Shown here one piece after another: positions 15,933-25,399 of a DNA stretch of 64,000 nt (the first letter of the stretch is position 1; the number at the start of each line of letters is the position of its first letter). This stretch comes from an uncultured Phycisphaerae bacterium (GTDB lineage: Bacteria > Planctomycetota > Phycisphaerae > UBA1845 > PWPN01). The notes under the pieces are model-generated. The model was not told the origin of the DNA, made no database searches, and was given only the letters and a program-made list of their open reading frames with translations. The stretch spans positions 5,978 to 69,977 of the forward strand of contig CALLOB010000049.1 of assembly GCA_938005315.1 (NCBI GenBank). The letters run 5' to 3'. The position numbers and the translations under genes are program-made.

Positions 15933-16538
15933 TTACAGCCCGGCCAGCAGTTCGCACAACTGGCGCCCCAGGGCCCCGCTGATCCTGGCCAGGGCCCAGA
16001 CGCTGGCGGCATTCTTGCCCAGCTCGACCTGCGAGAGCTGCGAGGTGGTCAGCTCGGAGCGTTCCGACAGCTGCCGGAGCGTCAGGCTCTGCTTGAGCCG
16101 CTCCTGCCGGATCCGCTGGCCGATGAGGCGGTTGAGCTCCTGCTCGTTGGTGTAGATCAGCCCCATGTCCCGGGCGATGCGCTCGACGGCTTCCAGAAGC
16201 TGCTCCTCCCGGAAGGGCTTGGTGATGTAGTCGCGGGCGCCAAGACGCATCGTCTCGGCGGCGGTCTGCACGTCGGGATAGGCGGTCATGACCAGGACGG
16301 CGACCCGCGGGTCGTCGCTCTTGATCTTCTCGACGACCTCCAGCCCGCCGAGGTCGGGCATCTTGATATCCACCAGGGCGATGTCGAACGCCGTCTTCTT
16401 GACCGACTGCACCGCCTGGCGCGGCTGCGTGAAGGACTGCACGTGGTAGCCGTGCTCCTGGAGGATCATGCCCACCGTCTTGCAGACCTGGGCGTCATCA
16501 TCGACCACCAGCACCTTGATATGGTGTCGCACGGCCAT
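15933..16538 (-). CDS. Response regulator: receiver domain fused to XRE-type (HTH_3) DNA-binding domain
   Basis: ATG at 16538 after GGAGGA. REC motifs VLVVDDD, IALVDIKMPD, VLVMTAY, ITKPF. C-terminus LTLRQLSERSELTTSQLSQVELGKNAASVWALARI. Confidence 0.75.
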   Translation of the reverse strand: MAVRHHIKVLVVDDDAQVCKTVGMILQEHGYHVQSFTQPRQAVQSVKKTAFDIALVDIKMPDLGGLEVVEKIKSDDPRVAVLVMTAYPDVQTAAETMRLGARDYITKPFREEQLLEAVERIARDMGLIYTNEQELNRLIGQRIRQERLKQSLTLRQLSERSELTTSQLSQVELGKNAASVWALARISGALGRQLCELLAGL

Positions 16539-16807
16539 GATCGTCCTCCGAGCCTTGTCACCTCCGGCCCACATGCGCTGCGCGCGGGGCCAAGCTCGCG
16601 TGGTCAGCCTTGGACGCTTCTGCCCGAACGCGCCACGGGGCGACGGGCTGGAGCGAGCCGCCGCGGTATTCAGTGGCAGCGGAAAGCCGGCCTCAGCTTA
16701 CAGTGCTATTTTATCGCTGTGCGGCAGAACGTGCTACAGTAACAATCTAACCCGCACAGGTCCGAAGCCCGGTTTTCGCCGACATCCGCACCGGCACGCC
16801 CGAACAC

Positions 16808-16850
16808 CAATTATTTCCTAATGTTATTATTATCAATAGTTTGGAAACAG
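16808..16850. other. AT-rich island in a 650-bp non-coding gap
   Basis: CCAATTATTTCCTAATGTTATTATTATCAATAGTTTGGAAACAG contrasts sharply with the surrounding GC-rich DNA. Confidence 0.9.
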
Positions 16851-16987
16851 CATGGCGATTGGTCGATCCTCGGCTGGGGTCGACGGGCGCTCAAGAATGG
16901 GGCATCTACCTACAGACAGCGATGCACCAGTGGACGCGCCGCGCGGGTCCTGCTCGCCGGCGGTCGGGGGAGTCTTCGTGGCGACGG

Positions 16988-17015
16988 TTACAGCTCAGCC
17001 CGAGCGATGTATAAT
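16988..17015 (+). promoter_or_regulatory. Candidate promoter with extended -10
   Basis: TTACAG (16988-16993), 16-nt spacer ending in TG, TATAAT (17010-17015). It lies ~175 nt upstream of the lipoprotein ORF at 17192. Confidence 0.35.
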
Positions 17016-17191
17016 GCCAACAGCAGGTGGCACGAGGCCGGGTCAGCGCAGACAGGCTGAAGACCGGTCGAAGACGCCTGAGCGCCCTGAACCGGGTTTT
17101 GTGGCCGAAAGTTGTGGTCCGCGACGGTCGGGCCCGCCGGCGGCCGGCCCGGAGCGCGTTGTTGGTGTGTGAGGGTACCGGAGCCCCGACC

Positions 17192-17419
17192 ATGAAACGG
17201 CAATTGCCAGCACGGATCGGACTTGCGGCCGCGGTTCTGGTCGGCCTGCACGGATGCGGCGTCAGCTTCGGGCCGTACCCGGTGCCCGCCCCGCTGGTGG
17301 AGATCACCGCTACGGTCACCACGACGGCCCCCAGCGGCACCGGCAGCACGACCGGCGGTTCATCCCTGACCGACCAGCAGCTGCAGGACCTGCTCAACCA
17401 GCTTTCCGGCGGCCAATGA
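17192..17419 (+). CDS. Small lipoprotein (75 aa), unknown function
   Basis: MKRQLPARIGLAAAVLVGLHGCGVSF has signal peptide plus lipobox LHGC. A Thr/Ser/Gly-rich region follows. The internal ATG of track ORF 17027..17419 is used. Confidence 0.5.
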   Translation: MKRQLPARIGLAAAVLVGLHGCGVSFGPYPVPAPLVEITATVTTTAPSGTGSTTGGSSLTDQQLQDLLNQLSGGQ

Positions 17420-17434
17420 GCAGCCTGCGGTGGT

Positions 17435-19849
17435 TCACTTGACCGCCACGGCCTCCAGCCCGCTGAGGTTTTCGACTTCGGCGGCGTAGCCTTCCGGCAT
17501 TCGCAACCGGTACTCGATCCGGTCGCGGGTCTTTTGCCAGGACAGTTCCACGACGCCGTGCACGGTGGGCACCCGGCCGGAGCAGTGTTCCAGCGGCAGG
17601 TCGGGCAGGCGGACGTGCACGCGCCGGCCGACCGGGTCGCAGGCGAAGACGCCCAGCACGTCGCGGATGAGCACATGGGCGGCGTGCGAGGCGAAGCCGT
17701 GGTTGCAGCTGGCGACGGTGTCGTTGTTTTCCCAGAGCGTGCCGGTGCGCTCGGCCATGTAGAGGTTGTAGCGCAGCAGGTCGTCCAGCATCTGCCGCAC
17801 GCGTCCCAGGCGCGAGAGGATCTCCAGCCGCAGCATGTTGCCGACGAGCTGGTTGGAGCGATGGATATCCGGCCATTCGAAGGCCGCCCGCCGCCGCGGC
17901 CCGAAGTGGTCGATCAGCAGCGTCAGCAGCCGTTCGTGGGTCTCGGGGGTCGCCACGCCGAAGTAGAACGCGTAATACTGGCAGGTCTCGGTGCGGTTGC
18001 CGGTGACGCGGAGCTCGCCGTCGACGCGCACCGCGTTATCGACGAAGAACTCGCCGTTGAACGACTGGCGGCGGACAACCTCGCGGATGCGGCCGGCCTC
18101 CTCCAGCCAGTCGCGCCGGTGGTACATGCGTCCGGCGGCCTCCAGCGCGCCGGCCCAGAGCATGTTGGTCGGGTAATTGACGTCCTGGACGAAGTCCTGG
18201 CACCTGGACCACTCGACAAAGACCCAGCTCTCGAGCTTCTCCAGCAGGCCGTCGGCGTTGCGGAACCTCCAGAAATAGTCGAACAGCTTTTCGACCCTGG
18301 GCCGCAGGCCGTCGATCATCGCGCGGTCGCCGCTGCGACGGCCGTATTCCTCGAGCTGGAGGACGAACCACATCGCCCAGTTGGGGATGAAGCTGTTGAC
18401 CCCGTGGTCGGCCGGATAGCACATCGGCAGCATGCCCTCGGGCAGGTTGGCGAACCGCTCCGGCAGAAGGTAGTTCTCCAGGAAGACCTTCTCGATGAGC
18501 GTATGCCCGTTGAGGTCGGCGGCCACTCGGGCGGTGAAGAAGCTGTCGCACAGCCAGCCGGCCCGTTCACGCGAGGGGCAGTCCATGAAGATATCCAGCG
18601 CGTTCTGGCGGAAGGTCTGCCGGGCGGCGGCGTAGAGGGTGTTCAGTCGCCCGTCCGAGCAGGTGAAGCTCGCGTGCCGGAGGTCGTCATTGGCATATTC
18701 GCGCAGGCAGACGTTCTCGACCTCGCAGGCGCCCTCCATCACCGTGAGCTCCAGGTACCGCAGGGAATACGGCTCGATGCTCTCCAGGTCGTACGTGCCG
18801 GGCGCCAGTTCGAAGCCCAGCACGTTGGAGCAGTCCATGCGCGTGCAGTCGACGACCCCGCGGTTGAGGATTTCGTCGAACCCGACCAGCAGCCGGCACG
18901 GCCCGGCGGCCCGGACCCGCAGACCGATGAAACCGGTCAGCTCGGTGCCGAAGTCCAGGACGTGGAAGGTCTTGTCCGCCAGCCGGAACCGGGCGTCGGC
19001 GCCGAGGGTCCGGTCTACCGGCTCCAGCCGGGCCGGGGCGTGCCGCAGGAGATCCGCCATCGGCAGGGCCTGAAACTCCTCGCGGGTGAATCCGCCGCGG
19101 GTGTGGTTCCATTTCATGGTCTCCAGCCAGCGCGTGGCGTCGGTTTCGTCGGCCGGAGCCAGCGTGCCGGAGGAGACATGGCGCACCGGTCGAATGACCG
19201 CATAGGCCGGATACGGTACGCGCCGCGGCAAAAGCCGGACCGGCTCCAGCACCGCGCAGGCCGCCGGTTCCGGGGCGGCGGCCGGGTCGAGCCGCCAGGC
19301 ATCCCAGCCGGGCCGGAGGCGATAGCTCTCGCTGAACGCCCGCTGGTGGCTGTAGCGCTCGACCTTCCGCACGCGGGTGTCCAGCACCGTGGCGACAAAG
19401 CCGCCCTCGACGCCGGTGGCGGCCAGCACGCGCCCGTCGGCGGCGACCTCGGCCTGCAGGAACGGCGGCTGATGGGGCACGTAGTAGGTGTTGACGTTGA
19501 ACGCCGAGACCTCCACGGCCACGACGCTCGGCCCGGGGGCCAGCAGGCCGGTGAGGTCCAGTTCGTCGACCCGGAACCATCCGTGCGGCCCCCGCGCCGG
19601 CCCGTGCCCGGCGAACCGTCCGTTGACGAACACCCGGTAGATCGAGCACCCGGTCAGGGTGAGGACGGTCCGCGAGCCGGCGGGGGCCTCGATCACCGCA
19701 CGGAAGCCGACCAGCAGGTTCATCTCTTTTTCCAGCCCCTCCGGCCAGACGGGGCGGGCGGCGCGGAATACAGGCGTTTCGTCTCCGGCCATGGCCGCGA
19801 TACCGCCGGCAAGTGCGAACCCGATCAGGCCCATGCTGAAGGGCGACAT
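17435..19849 (-). CDS. Glycoside hydrolase, alpha-L-rhamnosidase-like (GH78 six-hairpin)
   Basis: ATG at 19849 lies 6 nt after GGAGGA; the track start is a TTG two codons upstream. Signal peptide is present. FTCSDGRLNTLY...IFMDCPSRERAGWLCDSFF...ESWVFVEWS matches the GH78 catalytic-domain pattern. Confidence 0.7.
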   Translation of the reverse strand: MSPFSMGLIGFALAGGIAAMAGDETPVFRAARPVWPEGLEKEMNLLVGFRAVIEAPAGSRTVLTLTGCSIYRVFVNGRFAGHGPARGPHGWFRVDELDLTGLLAPGPSVVAVEVSAFNVNTYYVPHQPPFLQAEVAADGRVLAATGVEGGFVATVLDTRVRKVERYSHQRAFSESYRLRPGWDAWRLDPAAAPEPAACAVLEPVRLLPRRVPYPAYAVIRPVRHVSSGTLAPADETDATRWLETMKWNHTRGGFTREEFQALPMADLLRHAPARLEPVDRTLGADARFRLADKTFHVLDFGTELTGFIGLRVRAAGPCRLLVGFDEILNRGVVDCTRMDCSNVLGFELAPGTYDLESIEPYSLRYLELTVMEGACEVENVCLREYANDDLRHASFTCSDGRLNTLYAAARQTFRQNALDIFMDCPSRERAGWLCDSFFTARVAADLNGHTLIEKVFLENYLLPERFANLPEGMLPMCYPADHGVNSFIPNWAMWFVLQLEEYGRRSGDRAMIDGLRPRVEKLFDYFWRFRNADGLLEKLESWVFVEWSRCQDFVQDVNYPTNMLWAGALEAAGRMYHRRDWLEEAGRIREVVRRQSFNGEFFVDNAVRVDGELRVTGNRTETCQYYAFYFGVATPETHERLLTLLIDHFGPRRRAAFEWPDIHRSNQLVGNMLRLEILSRLGRVRQMLDDLLRYNLYMAERTGTLWENNDTVASCNHGFASHAAHVLIRDVLGVFACDPVGRRVHVRLPDLPLEHCSGRVPTVHGVVELSWQKTRDRIEYRLRMPEGYAAEVENLSGLEAVAVK

Positions 19850-20111
19850 GTGCAATCCTCCCCGGCCGACCGGACCGGTTCCCCGCCGGGCATGACTGGC
19901 GTGGATTCCCCAACGCCCGTCCGGCGCGGTGCGACCGGCACCGGCCCGGCGGCAGCGGCATGGTATCCGAACCCCCGGACCGGTCCAACGCGTGCGCCTT
20001 GACCGCCGCGTTGCCGGTTGGGTCTAATGCCCGGCCTGCAGACGCCCGCCGGGCGGGTCGCATGGACCGGTCCGGGCGGGCCGGCAACCGGCTGTTCACC
20101 GAGGAGTGATC

Positions 20112-21197
20112 ATGAAGGGGCTGAAGATCAACAACGGGGCGTGCGATCTGGATTTCCTGGCCTTAGGCGCGGTGGTGCACCGCCTGGATCCCGGGGTGAT
20201 CCCGTTCCGCAAGGCCCGATCGGTTGATATCCACGTGTCCGGCGGCGAGTACAACGTGGCCGCGAATCTCTCGGACTGCTTCGGACTGCGGACCGGCATC
20301 GCCACCGCCATGGTCAACTACGGCCTGGGCGAACTCGTGCAGGGGCGGATCCGCGAGACCGGCGTGCGGCCTTACTTCAAGTGGTTCGAACACGATGGCG
20401 TGCGCGGCCCGAACATCGCGACGGTCTACAGCGACCGCGGCTGCGGCGTCCGGGCGCCGGTGGTGTTCTACAACCGGGCCAACGAGGCCGGGGCGCTGCT
20501 CAAGCCCGGTGATTTCGACTGGGCGGCGATTTTCGCCCCCGGCGTGCGGTGGTTCCACTCCGGGGGCATCTTCGCGGCCCTGTCCGAGACCACCTCCGAC
20601 CTGATCGTCGAGGCCATGCAGGCCGCCCGCGCCGCCGGGGCGGTCAACTCCTTCGACCTGAACTATCGGGCCAAGCTGTGGGCCCCGATCGGCGGCGAGA
20701 AGCGGGCCCAGCAGACCCTTCGCCGGATCGTCGGCTGCGTGGACGCGCTGATCGGCAACGAGGAGGACCTGCAGAAGGGCCTGGGCATCGCCGGCCCGGA
20801 GGTGGCGGGGGAGAAGTCGGCGCTGGATCCCAGGACTTTCTTCGACATGATCGAGCGGGTGGTCCGGGAGTTCCCCAACATCCGCATGGTCGCGACCACC
20901 CTGCGCGAGGTTCACTCCGCCAATCGGCATGACTGGGCGGCGGTCCTCTGGCTGGACGGCGAGCGTTTCGTCAGCCCGACCTGCCGGCTGGACGTGCTGG
21001 ACCGCATCGGCGGGGGCGACGGTTTTGCCGCCGGCCTGATCTACGGCCTGCTGGCCGGCCGGGAGCCCGAGCAGGCCCTGCGCCTGGGCTGGGCCCACGG
21101 CGCCCTGCTGACCACTTTCCCGGGCGACGTCACCATGGCCCGGCTGCCGGAGGTCGAGGCCTTGGCGAAGGGCGGATCGGCCCGCGTGCAGCGTTGA
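20112..21197 (+). CDS. PfkB-family sugar kinase (2-keto-3-deoxygluconate kinase-like)
   Basis: ATG lies 5 nt after GAGGAG. GGEYNVAANL, FDLNYRAKLW, DRIGGGDGFAAGLIYGLL (PfkB C-terminal signature). Confidence 0.7.
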   Translation: MKGLKINNGACDLDFLALGAVVHRLDPGVIPFRKARSVDIHVSGGEYNVAANLSDCFGLRTGIATAMVNYGLGELVQGRIRETGVRPYFKWFEHDGVRGPNIATVYSDRGCGVRAPVVFYNRANEAGALLKPGDFDWAAIFAPGVRWFHSGGIFAALSETTSDLIVEAMQAARAAGAVNSFDLNYRAKLWAPIGGEKRAQQTLRRIVGCVDALIGNEEDLQKGLGIAGPEVAGEKSALDPRTFFDMIERVVREFPNIRMVATTLREVHSANRHDWAAVLWLDGERFVSPTCRLDVLDRIGGGDGFAAGLIYGLLAGREPEQALRLGWAHGALLTTFPGDVTMARLPEVEALAKGGSARVQR

Positions 21198-21216
21198 GCC
21201 GGCCGCAGGCCGGTCC

Positions 21217-22140
21217 TCAGAGCGAGCCGTGCTGCCGCGCCCAGGCGATGGCCTTCGGGATGCCGGCGGTCAGCGGGGTCTGGGGGTCGTAGCCCAGTAG
21301 CTGGCGGGCCTTGGAGATGTCGGCCACGTAGCGCATCACCTCGCCCGGCCGTGCGGGCTCGAAGGTCACCTTCGGCGTGCGTCCAAGCGCTAAGCCGATG
21401 ATGTTGACCGCATCGACCAGGGTGCTGCCCTGTCCGTAGGCGAGATTGATCGTCTGGTTGGCGATCCGGCCGGCCACCAGGGCATCCAGGCCCCTGCAGA
21501 TGCCGTCGATGCAGTCGTCGACGTAGGTGAAGTCGAAAACCTTCTCCCGGCCGTAGACCACGATGGGTTCGTCGCGGGAGATCTTGCGCATGAACAGCGG
21601 CAGGACCCGCTCCATCCGTTCGAGGTCGTTGTCGTAGCGTCCGTAAACGTTGCTGAAGCGGAAGACCAGGTAGGGCAGGTCGTAACACTGGGCAAACGAA
21701 TAGATGAACGCCTCTCCGGCGATCTTGCTGGCCGAGTAGGGGCTTTCGGCGACCACGAAGTCGGCTGCGGCCTCCTCGGTGACGTGGCGGTGAATATCGC
21801 CGTACACTTCGCGGGAACTCCCGAAGACGAAGGGGGTCCCGGTGCGCCGGGCGAACTCCAGAGCCGCGAAACACACGTTGACGTTCTCAAGGGCCCGGTG
21901 GGGCCACTCCACCAGTTCGAACACCTTGGCGTAGGCCGCCAGATGCACGATGACATCGAACGGACCGGGCGGAAAGTCCTCCACAGTCGCGCGGTTGAGG
22001 TCCAGATTCACGGTCCGGATGCGGTCGGTCCAGGTGTTCGGCCGGCGGTCGATGCCGACGACCTCGTCGCCGCGCTCCATCAGGGCAAGAGCCAGGTTGG
22101 TACCGATCTGACCGCTGGAGCCGGTGATGAGCACGCGCAT
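21217..22140 (-). CDS. NAD-dependent epimerase/dehydratase (SDR)
   Basis: MRVLITGSSGQIGTNL, YSASK catalytic motif, FRFSNVYGRY. Confidence 0.75.
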   Translation of the reverse strand: MRVLITGSSGQIGTNLALALMERGDEVVGIDRRPNTWTDRIRTVNLDLNRATVEDFPPGPFDVIVHLAAYAKVFELVEWPHRALENVNVCFAALEFARRTGTPFVFGSSREVYGDIHRHVTEEAAADFVVAESPYSASKIAGEAFIYSFAQCYDLPYLVFRFSNVYGRYDNDLERMERVLPLFMRKISRDEPIVVYGREKVFDFTYVDDCIDGICRGLDALVAGRIANQTINLAYGQGSTLVDAVNIIGLALGRTPKVTFEPARPGEVMRYVADISKARQLLGYDPQTPLTAGIPKAIAWARQHGSL

Positions 22141-22222
22141 GGTCGGTCGTCCTTGCCGAGCATGGATCCGGGCCCCCGCCGGACCGTCGATAGCGGGCCG
22201 CGCCGCCCACGCCGGGGGCGCG

Positions 22223-22256
22223 GGCCGGGGTCGGGTTTAGGCCGGGGTCGGGTTTC
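22223..22256. repeat. 17-bp tandem duplication
   Basis: GGCCGGGGTCGGGTTTA / GGCCGGGGTCGGGTTTC, intergenic, upstream of the epimerase gene. Confidence 0.9.
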
Positions 22257-22557
22257 GCACGCTCGCCGAGCATATCGGTCCACGCGAACAAGGTCCAGAA
22301 CCCCTGGCCGCATCGCCCCGAACGTCCTCTTTCAGAGGCGCCCCGGCAGTCGGGGCTGAGGTGTCGCCGCCGCCGGCGTCCGGCTTGCCGGAACCCGCAC
22401 GATCGCATCCGCGGCTCCGCCGCCCCCGCCCTAGTGTGCGCCTTGCCGGATCGGCCGAGCCCGCGGCCCGGGCCGGCGGCCCCGCAAGACCGAGGCTTCA
22501 GTCGGGACCGGTGGCCGGGGGCGTACTGGCGGTCTTTCCTGAGGGTTAGCCGACGGC

Positions 22558-22585
22558 TTGCTTCGGGCGGAGGTTCTGCTAAAAT
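22558..22585 (+). promoter_or_regulatory. Candidate sigma70-type promoter of rpmI-rplT
   Basis: TTGCTT (22558-22563), 16-nt spacer, TAAAAT (22580-22585), 45 nt upstream of the rpmI ATG. Confidence 0.4.
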
Positions 22586-22630
22586 GATTTGTTCTGGCTA
22601 TCCAAATGACCATAACACGGGATTTCCGCA

Positions 22631-22828
22631 ATGCCGAAACAGAAGACGCACAAGGGGCTGAAGAAGCGTGTCAAGGTCACCGGTCGGCGCAAGGTCAAGG
22701 TCAGCCGGTCCGCCTTCACCGGCCACCTGCTCAGCGGCCGGCCGGCGAAGCGCCGCCGCCGGCTGCGCCGGGGCCACACGCTGTCCGCGGCTGACCGCAG
22801 GCGGGTGCTGGAGGCCCTCAACGCCTGA
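22631..22828 (+). CDS. rpmI: 50S ribosomal protein L35
   Basis: MPKQKTHKGLKKRVKVTGRRKVKVSRSAFTGHLL. Confidence 0.9.
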   Translation: MPKQKTHKGLKKRVKVTGRRKVKVSRSAFTGHLLSGRPAKRRRRLRRGHTLSAADRRRVLEALNA

Positions 22829-22898
22829 CCGGCAACCGGTCGGGTCGATGGAGCCGGCCGCACCGCCGCAAGCCCGAAGGTGAGTTCAGGAGAGTCCA

Positions 22899-23246
22899 AT
22901 GCCACGCGCAACCAACGGATCGGCCGCCGCCCGCAAGCGACGCCGTCTGCGTCAGGCGGCCAAGGGATATTTCGGGGCACGCAGCAAGCAGCACCGCACG
23001 ATCAAGGTCGCCGTCCTGCGGGCCGGCCAGGCGGCATTCCGGGACCGGCGTCGCCGCAAGCGCGACTACCGGTCGCTGTGGATCACCCGGATCACTGCGG
23101 CCTGCCGCATGCGGGGGATCAGCTACGCACGATTCATTCACGGGCTGAAGCAGGCGGCCGTGGCCCTGGACCGCAAGATGCTGAGCGAGCTGGCGATCTG
23201 CGATCCGGCGGCCTTCGACAAACTGGTGGGCATGGCCCGCCAGTGA
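22899..23246 (+). CDS. rplT: 50S ribosomal protein L20
   Basis: MPRATNGSAAARKRRRLRQAAKGYFGARSK...DRRRRKRDYRSLWITRI. Confidence 0.9.
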   Translation: MPRATNGSAAARKRRRLRQAAKGYFGARSKQHRTIKVAVLRAGQAAFRDRRRRKRDYRSLWITRITAACRMRGISYARFIHGLKQAAVALDRKMLSELAICDPAAFDKLVGMARQ

Positions 23247-23265
23247 GCCTTCGCCGCGGCGTCGT

Positions 23266-24438
23266 TCACTCGCGCGGTCGCTTCGGGGCCGCGGCCAGTT
23301 CCAGATAGACCCGCTCGATCGCCTCGACCATCACGCCGGCGTCGAACCGCCGGAGGCAGAGTTGCCGTCCAGCCCGGCCCATGCGCTCGCGGAGCCCTGG
23401 GTTGGCGGCCAGCTCGAGGATCGCCCGGGCCAGGGCCTGCCGGTCGTTGAGCGGCACCAGCAAGCCCGTCTGCCCGGGTCGGACCACCTCGGGAGCGCCG
23501 TCGATCGCGAACGAAACCACCGGCTTGCCCATCAACAGAGCCTGCACCGCGGCCCGGGGCAGCCCTTCCCATTGCGAGGCATGGACGAGCAGGTCGATTC
23601 CGGCCAGCACCGTCGCCACCTCGCGGGGGGGGAGCAGGCCGGTGAGAACCACCCGGTCGCGCAAACCCAGCCTTTCAAGTTCATACTCGTAGTGGCGGCG
23701 TTGCGCCCCGTCGCCCACCCACACGAACCGAAGATCGGGGTTCTGCCGGGCCGCCCGGTCCATGGCCGGGATCAGCTGCTCGTAGCCCTTGTTGCGGAAC
23801 AGCCGGGCCACCGTTCCCACGGCCACGTGGCGGTCCTGAAGCCCCAGACGCGTCCGGATGGCCGCCCGGTCGCAGGTAGCCGGGTCGAACCAGTCGGTGC
23901 GCATGCCGGAGTAGACGGTGATGAAGCGGTCCGGCGGGGCGATGCGGGCTTGGACGGCCTGTGCGGCCATGGCGTCGGCGACGGTGAGGATCCGGTGGGT
24001 GTGACGGGCGGCAAGGCGTTCCAGCAGGCGGTAAGTCTGCCGGACAGGCCAGGCCTGCGTCCGGTTGAAGCTCATGCCGTGGATGGTATGCACGATCATC
24101 GGGACCTGAGCCCGTGCCGCGGCCAGCCGCCCCAGGATGCCGGCCTTGCTGCTGTGGGTGTGCACCACGTCGGGGCGCAGCTCGCCAAGCAAGGCGGCCA
24201 GCCGGCCGAGAGCCTTGAGGTCCCGCCACGGACGGATGCTGCGGCGCAGCTCATCGACCACCACGACATCGAACGCTGCGGACCGGACCTCTTCCAGCAG
24301 GCTGCCCTCCGGACCGGTCTCCGGCCCGGTGATCAGCGTGACCTCATGGCCCCGGGCCTGCAGGCCCTCGCAGGTGAGCACCGTGTTTTCCTGGGCTCCG
24401 CCGATGATCAGCCGGGTGATGAGGTGCGCGATTCTCAT
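23266..24438 (-). CDS. Glycosyltransferase, GT4 (Glycos_transf_1)
   Basis: MRIAHLITRLIIGGAQ..., HTHSSKAGILGR, C-terminal SQWEGLPRAAVQALLMGKPVV (EX7E-type motif). Confidence 0.75.
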   Translation of the reverse strand: MRIAHLITRLIIGGAQENTVLTCEGLQARGHEVTLITGPETGPEGSLLEEVRSAAFDVVVVDELRRSIRPWRDLKALGRLAALLGELRPDVVHTHSSKAGILGRLAAARAQVPMIVHTIHGMSFNRTQAWPVRQTYRLLERLAARHTHRILTVADAMAAQAVQARIAPPDRFITVYSGMRTDWFDPATCDRAAIRTRLGLQDRHVAVGTVARLFRNKGYEQLIPAMDRAARQNPDLRFVWVGDGAQRRHYEYELERLGLRDRVVLTGLLPPREVATVLAGIDLLVHASQWEGLPRAAVQALLMGKPVVSFAIDGAPEVVRPGQTGLLVPLNDRQALARAILELAANPGLRERMGRAGRQLCLRRFDAGVMVEAIERVYLELAAAPKRPRE

Positions 24439-25292
24439 GCGGGCACGTCCGGAAGGTCCGCCTCCGGGCCGGCGTCATCGGGCTCCGGGCCGCAGTCCTC
24501 GAACAGCTCCGGGTTCTCGACGGTCTCGGCGGCCAGGGCGGGCAGGTCGTAACGCACCCACTGCAGGCACAATCCGCGGGCCGGAACCGTCGGTCCGGCC
24601 TGGGACCGGTCCCGGCCGGCGATGATCGCCCCGACCCGTTCGGGCGGCCAGTGCCCCCGGCCGACCTCCAGCAGCGTACCGACCATGTTGCGCACCTGGT
24701 TGTAGAGAAAACCGGTCCCCTCGACGTCGATCCGGATCTCCTCGTAGCAGCGTTCCACACGGACCTGGAGGATCGTCCGCACGGTGTTTTCCCGCTCGCT
24801 GCCCCGGCTGGCGAAGGCCGAGCAGTCGTAGGTCCCGACCATGTGCCGCGCCGCGGCCCGCATGGCCTCGACGTCCAGAGGGTGCCAGACGTGGTAGACG
24901 TAGGGCTGGCGGTGGCGTTCGACCGGCCGGTTGGGGTGGTTGTAGATCGTGTAGCGGTAAAGCTTCGACACCGGGCTTCGACAGGCACTGAAAGCCAGGG
25001 GCACCTCGCGGGCATGGAACACCGACACGTCCTTCGGCAGCCGGCTGCCGATCGCCCGCCGCAGATTCTCGCAGGGAATGTCGCAGTCGGTGCGGAAGTT
25101 GGCCACCTGACCGACGGCATGCACCCCGGCGTCGGTCCGACCGGAGCCGGTCAGGCCGACCTGGTGGCGGACGACGCGCCGCACGGCCTGTTCGACCACT
25201 TCCTGGACGGTACGGACGTGGGCCTGGGTCTGCCAGCCGTGGAACTCGGTGCCGTCGTAGGCCAGCAGAAGACGGATGTTGCGTACGGGCAT
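24435..25292 (-). CDS. truA: tRNA pseudouridine(38-40) synthase TruA
   Basis: LLLAYDGTEFHGWQTQ...GSGRTDAGVHAVGQVANF...GFLYNQVRNMVG. ATGA overlap with the GT4 gene. Confidence 0.88.
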   Translation of the reverse strand: MPVRNIRLLLAYDGTEFHGWQTQAHVRTVQEVVEQAVRRVVRHQVGLTGSGRTDAGVHAVGQVANFRTDCDIPCENLRRAIGSRLPKDVSVFHAREVPLAFSACRSPVSKLYRYTIYNHPNRPVERHRQPYVYHVWHPLDVEAMRAAARHMVGTYDCSAFASRGSERENTVRTILQVRVERCYEEIRIDVEGTGFLYNQVRNMVGTLLEVGRGHWPPERVGAIIAGRDRSQAGPTVPARGLCLQWVRYDLPALAAETVENPELFEDCGPEPDDAGPEADLPDVPA

Positions 25293-25399
25293 GAGGGCAT
25301 TCTACGCCCGTGCGGCCGGGGGGTTCAACCGATGCATGGGCGCGGCGGCGGTGAGGCCCACAGGGCCATGTGGGAAGCGTGGAATGCTGATCCGGGGGT

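Noticed and set aside
16681-16692. GGAAAGCCGGCC resembles the RNase P RNA P4 motif (GGAAAGUCCGGGC)
   Set aside because: The match is imperfect, and the other universally conserved RNase P blocks were not found nearby on either strand.
16874-16887. CTGGGGTCGACGGG resembles the conserved 5' region of tmRNA (CUGGAUUCGACGGG in E. coli)
   Set aside because: There is no GGGG acceptor 5' end at the right distance. There is no T-arm (GGTTCGAATCC-like) or CCA-adjacent acceptor complement downstream. There is no plausible tag reading frame ending in a hydrophobic Ala-rich tail. A short chance match is more likely; an Infernal scan would settle it.
22141-22630. Possible L20-responsive leader or infC remnant upstream of rpmI
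   Set aside because: No IF3-like reading frame was found, and I could not identify an L20-binding pseudoknot by eye. Only a promoter candidate and a 17-bp tandem duplication are reported.
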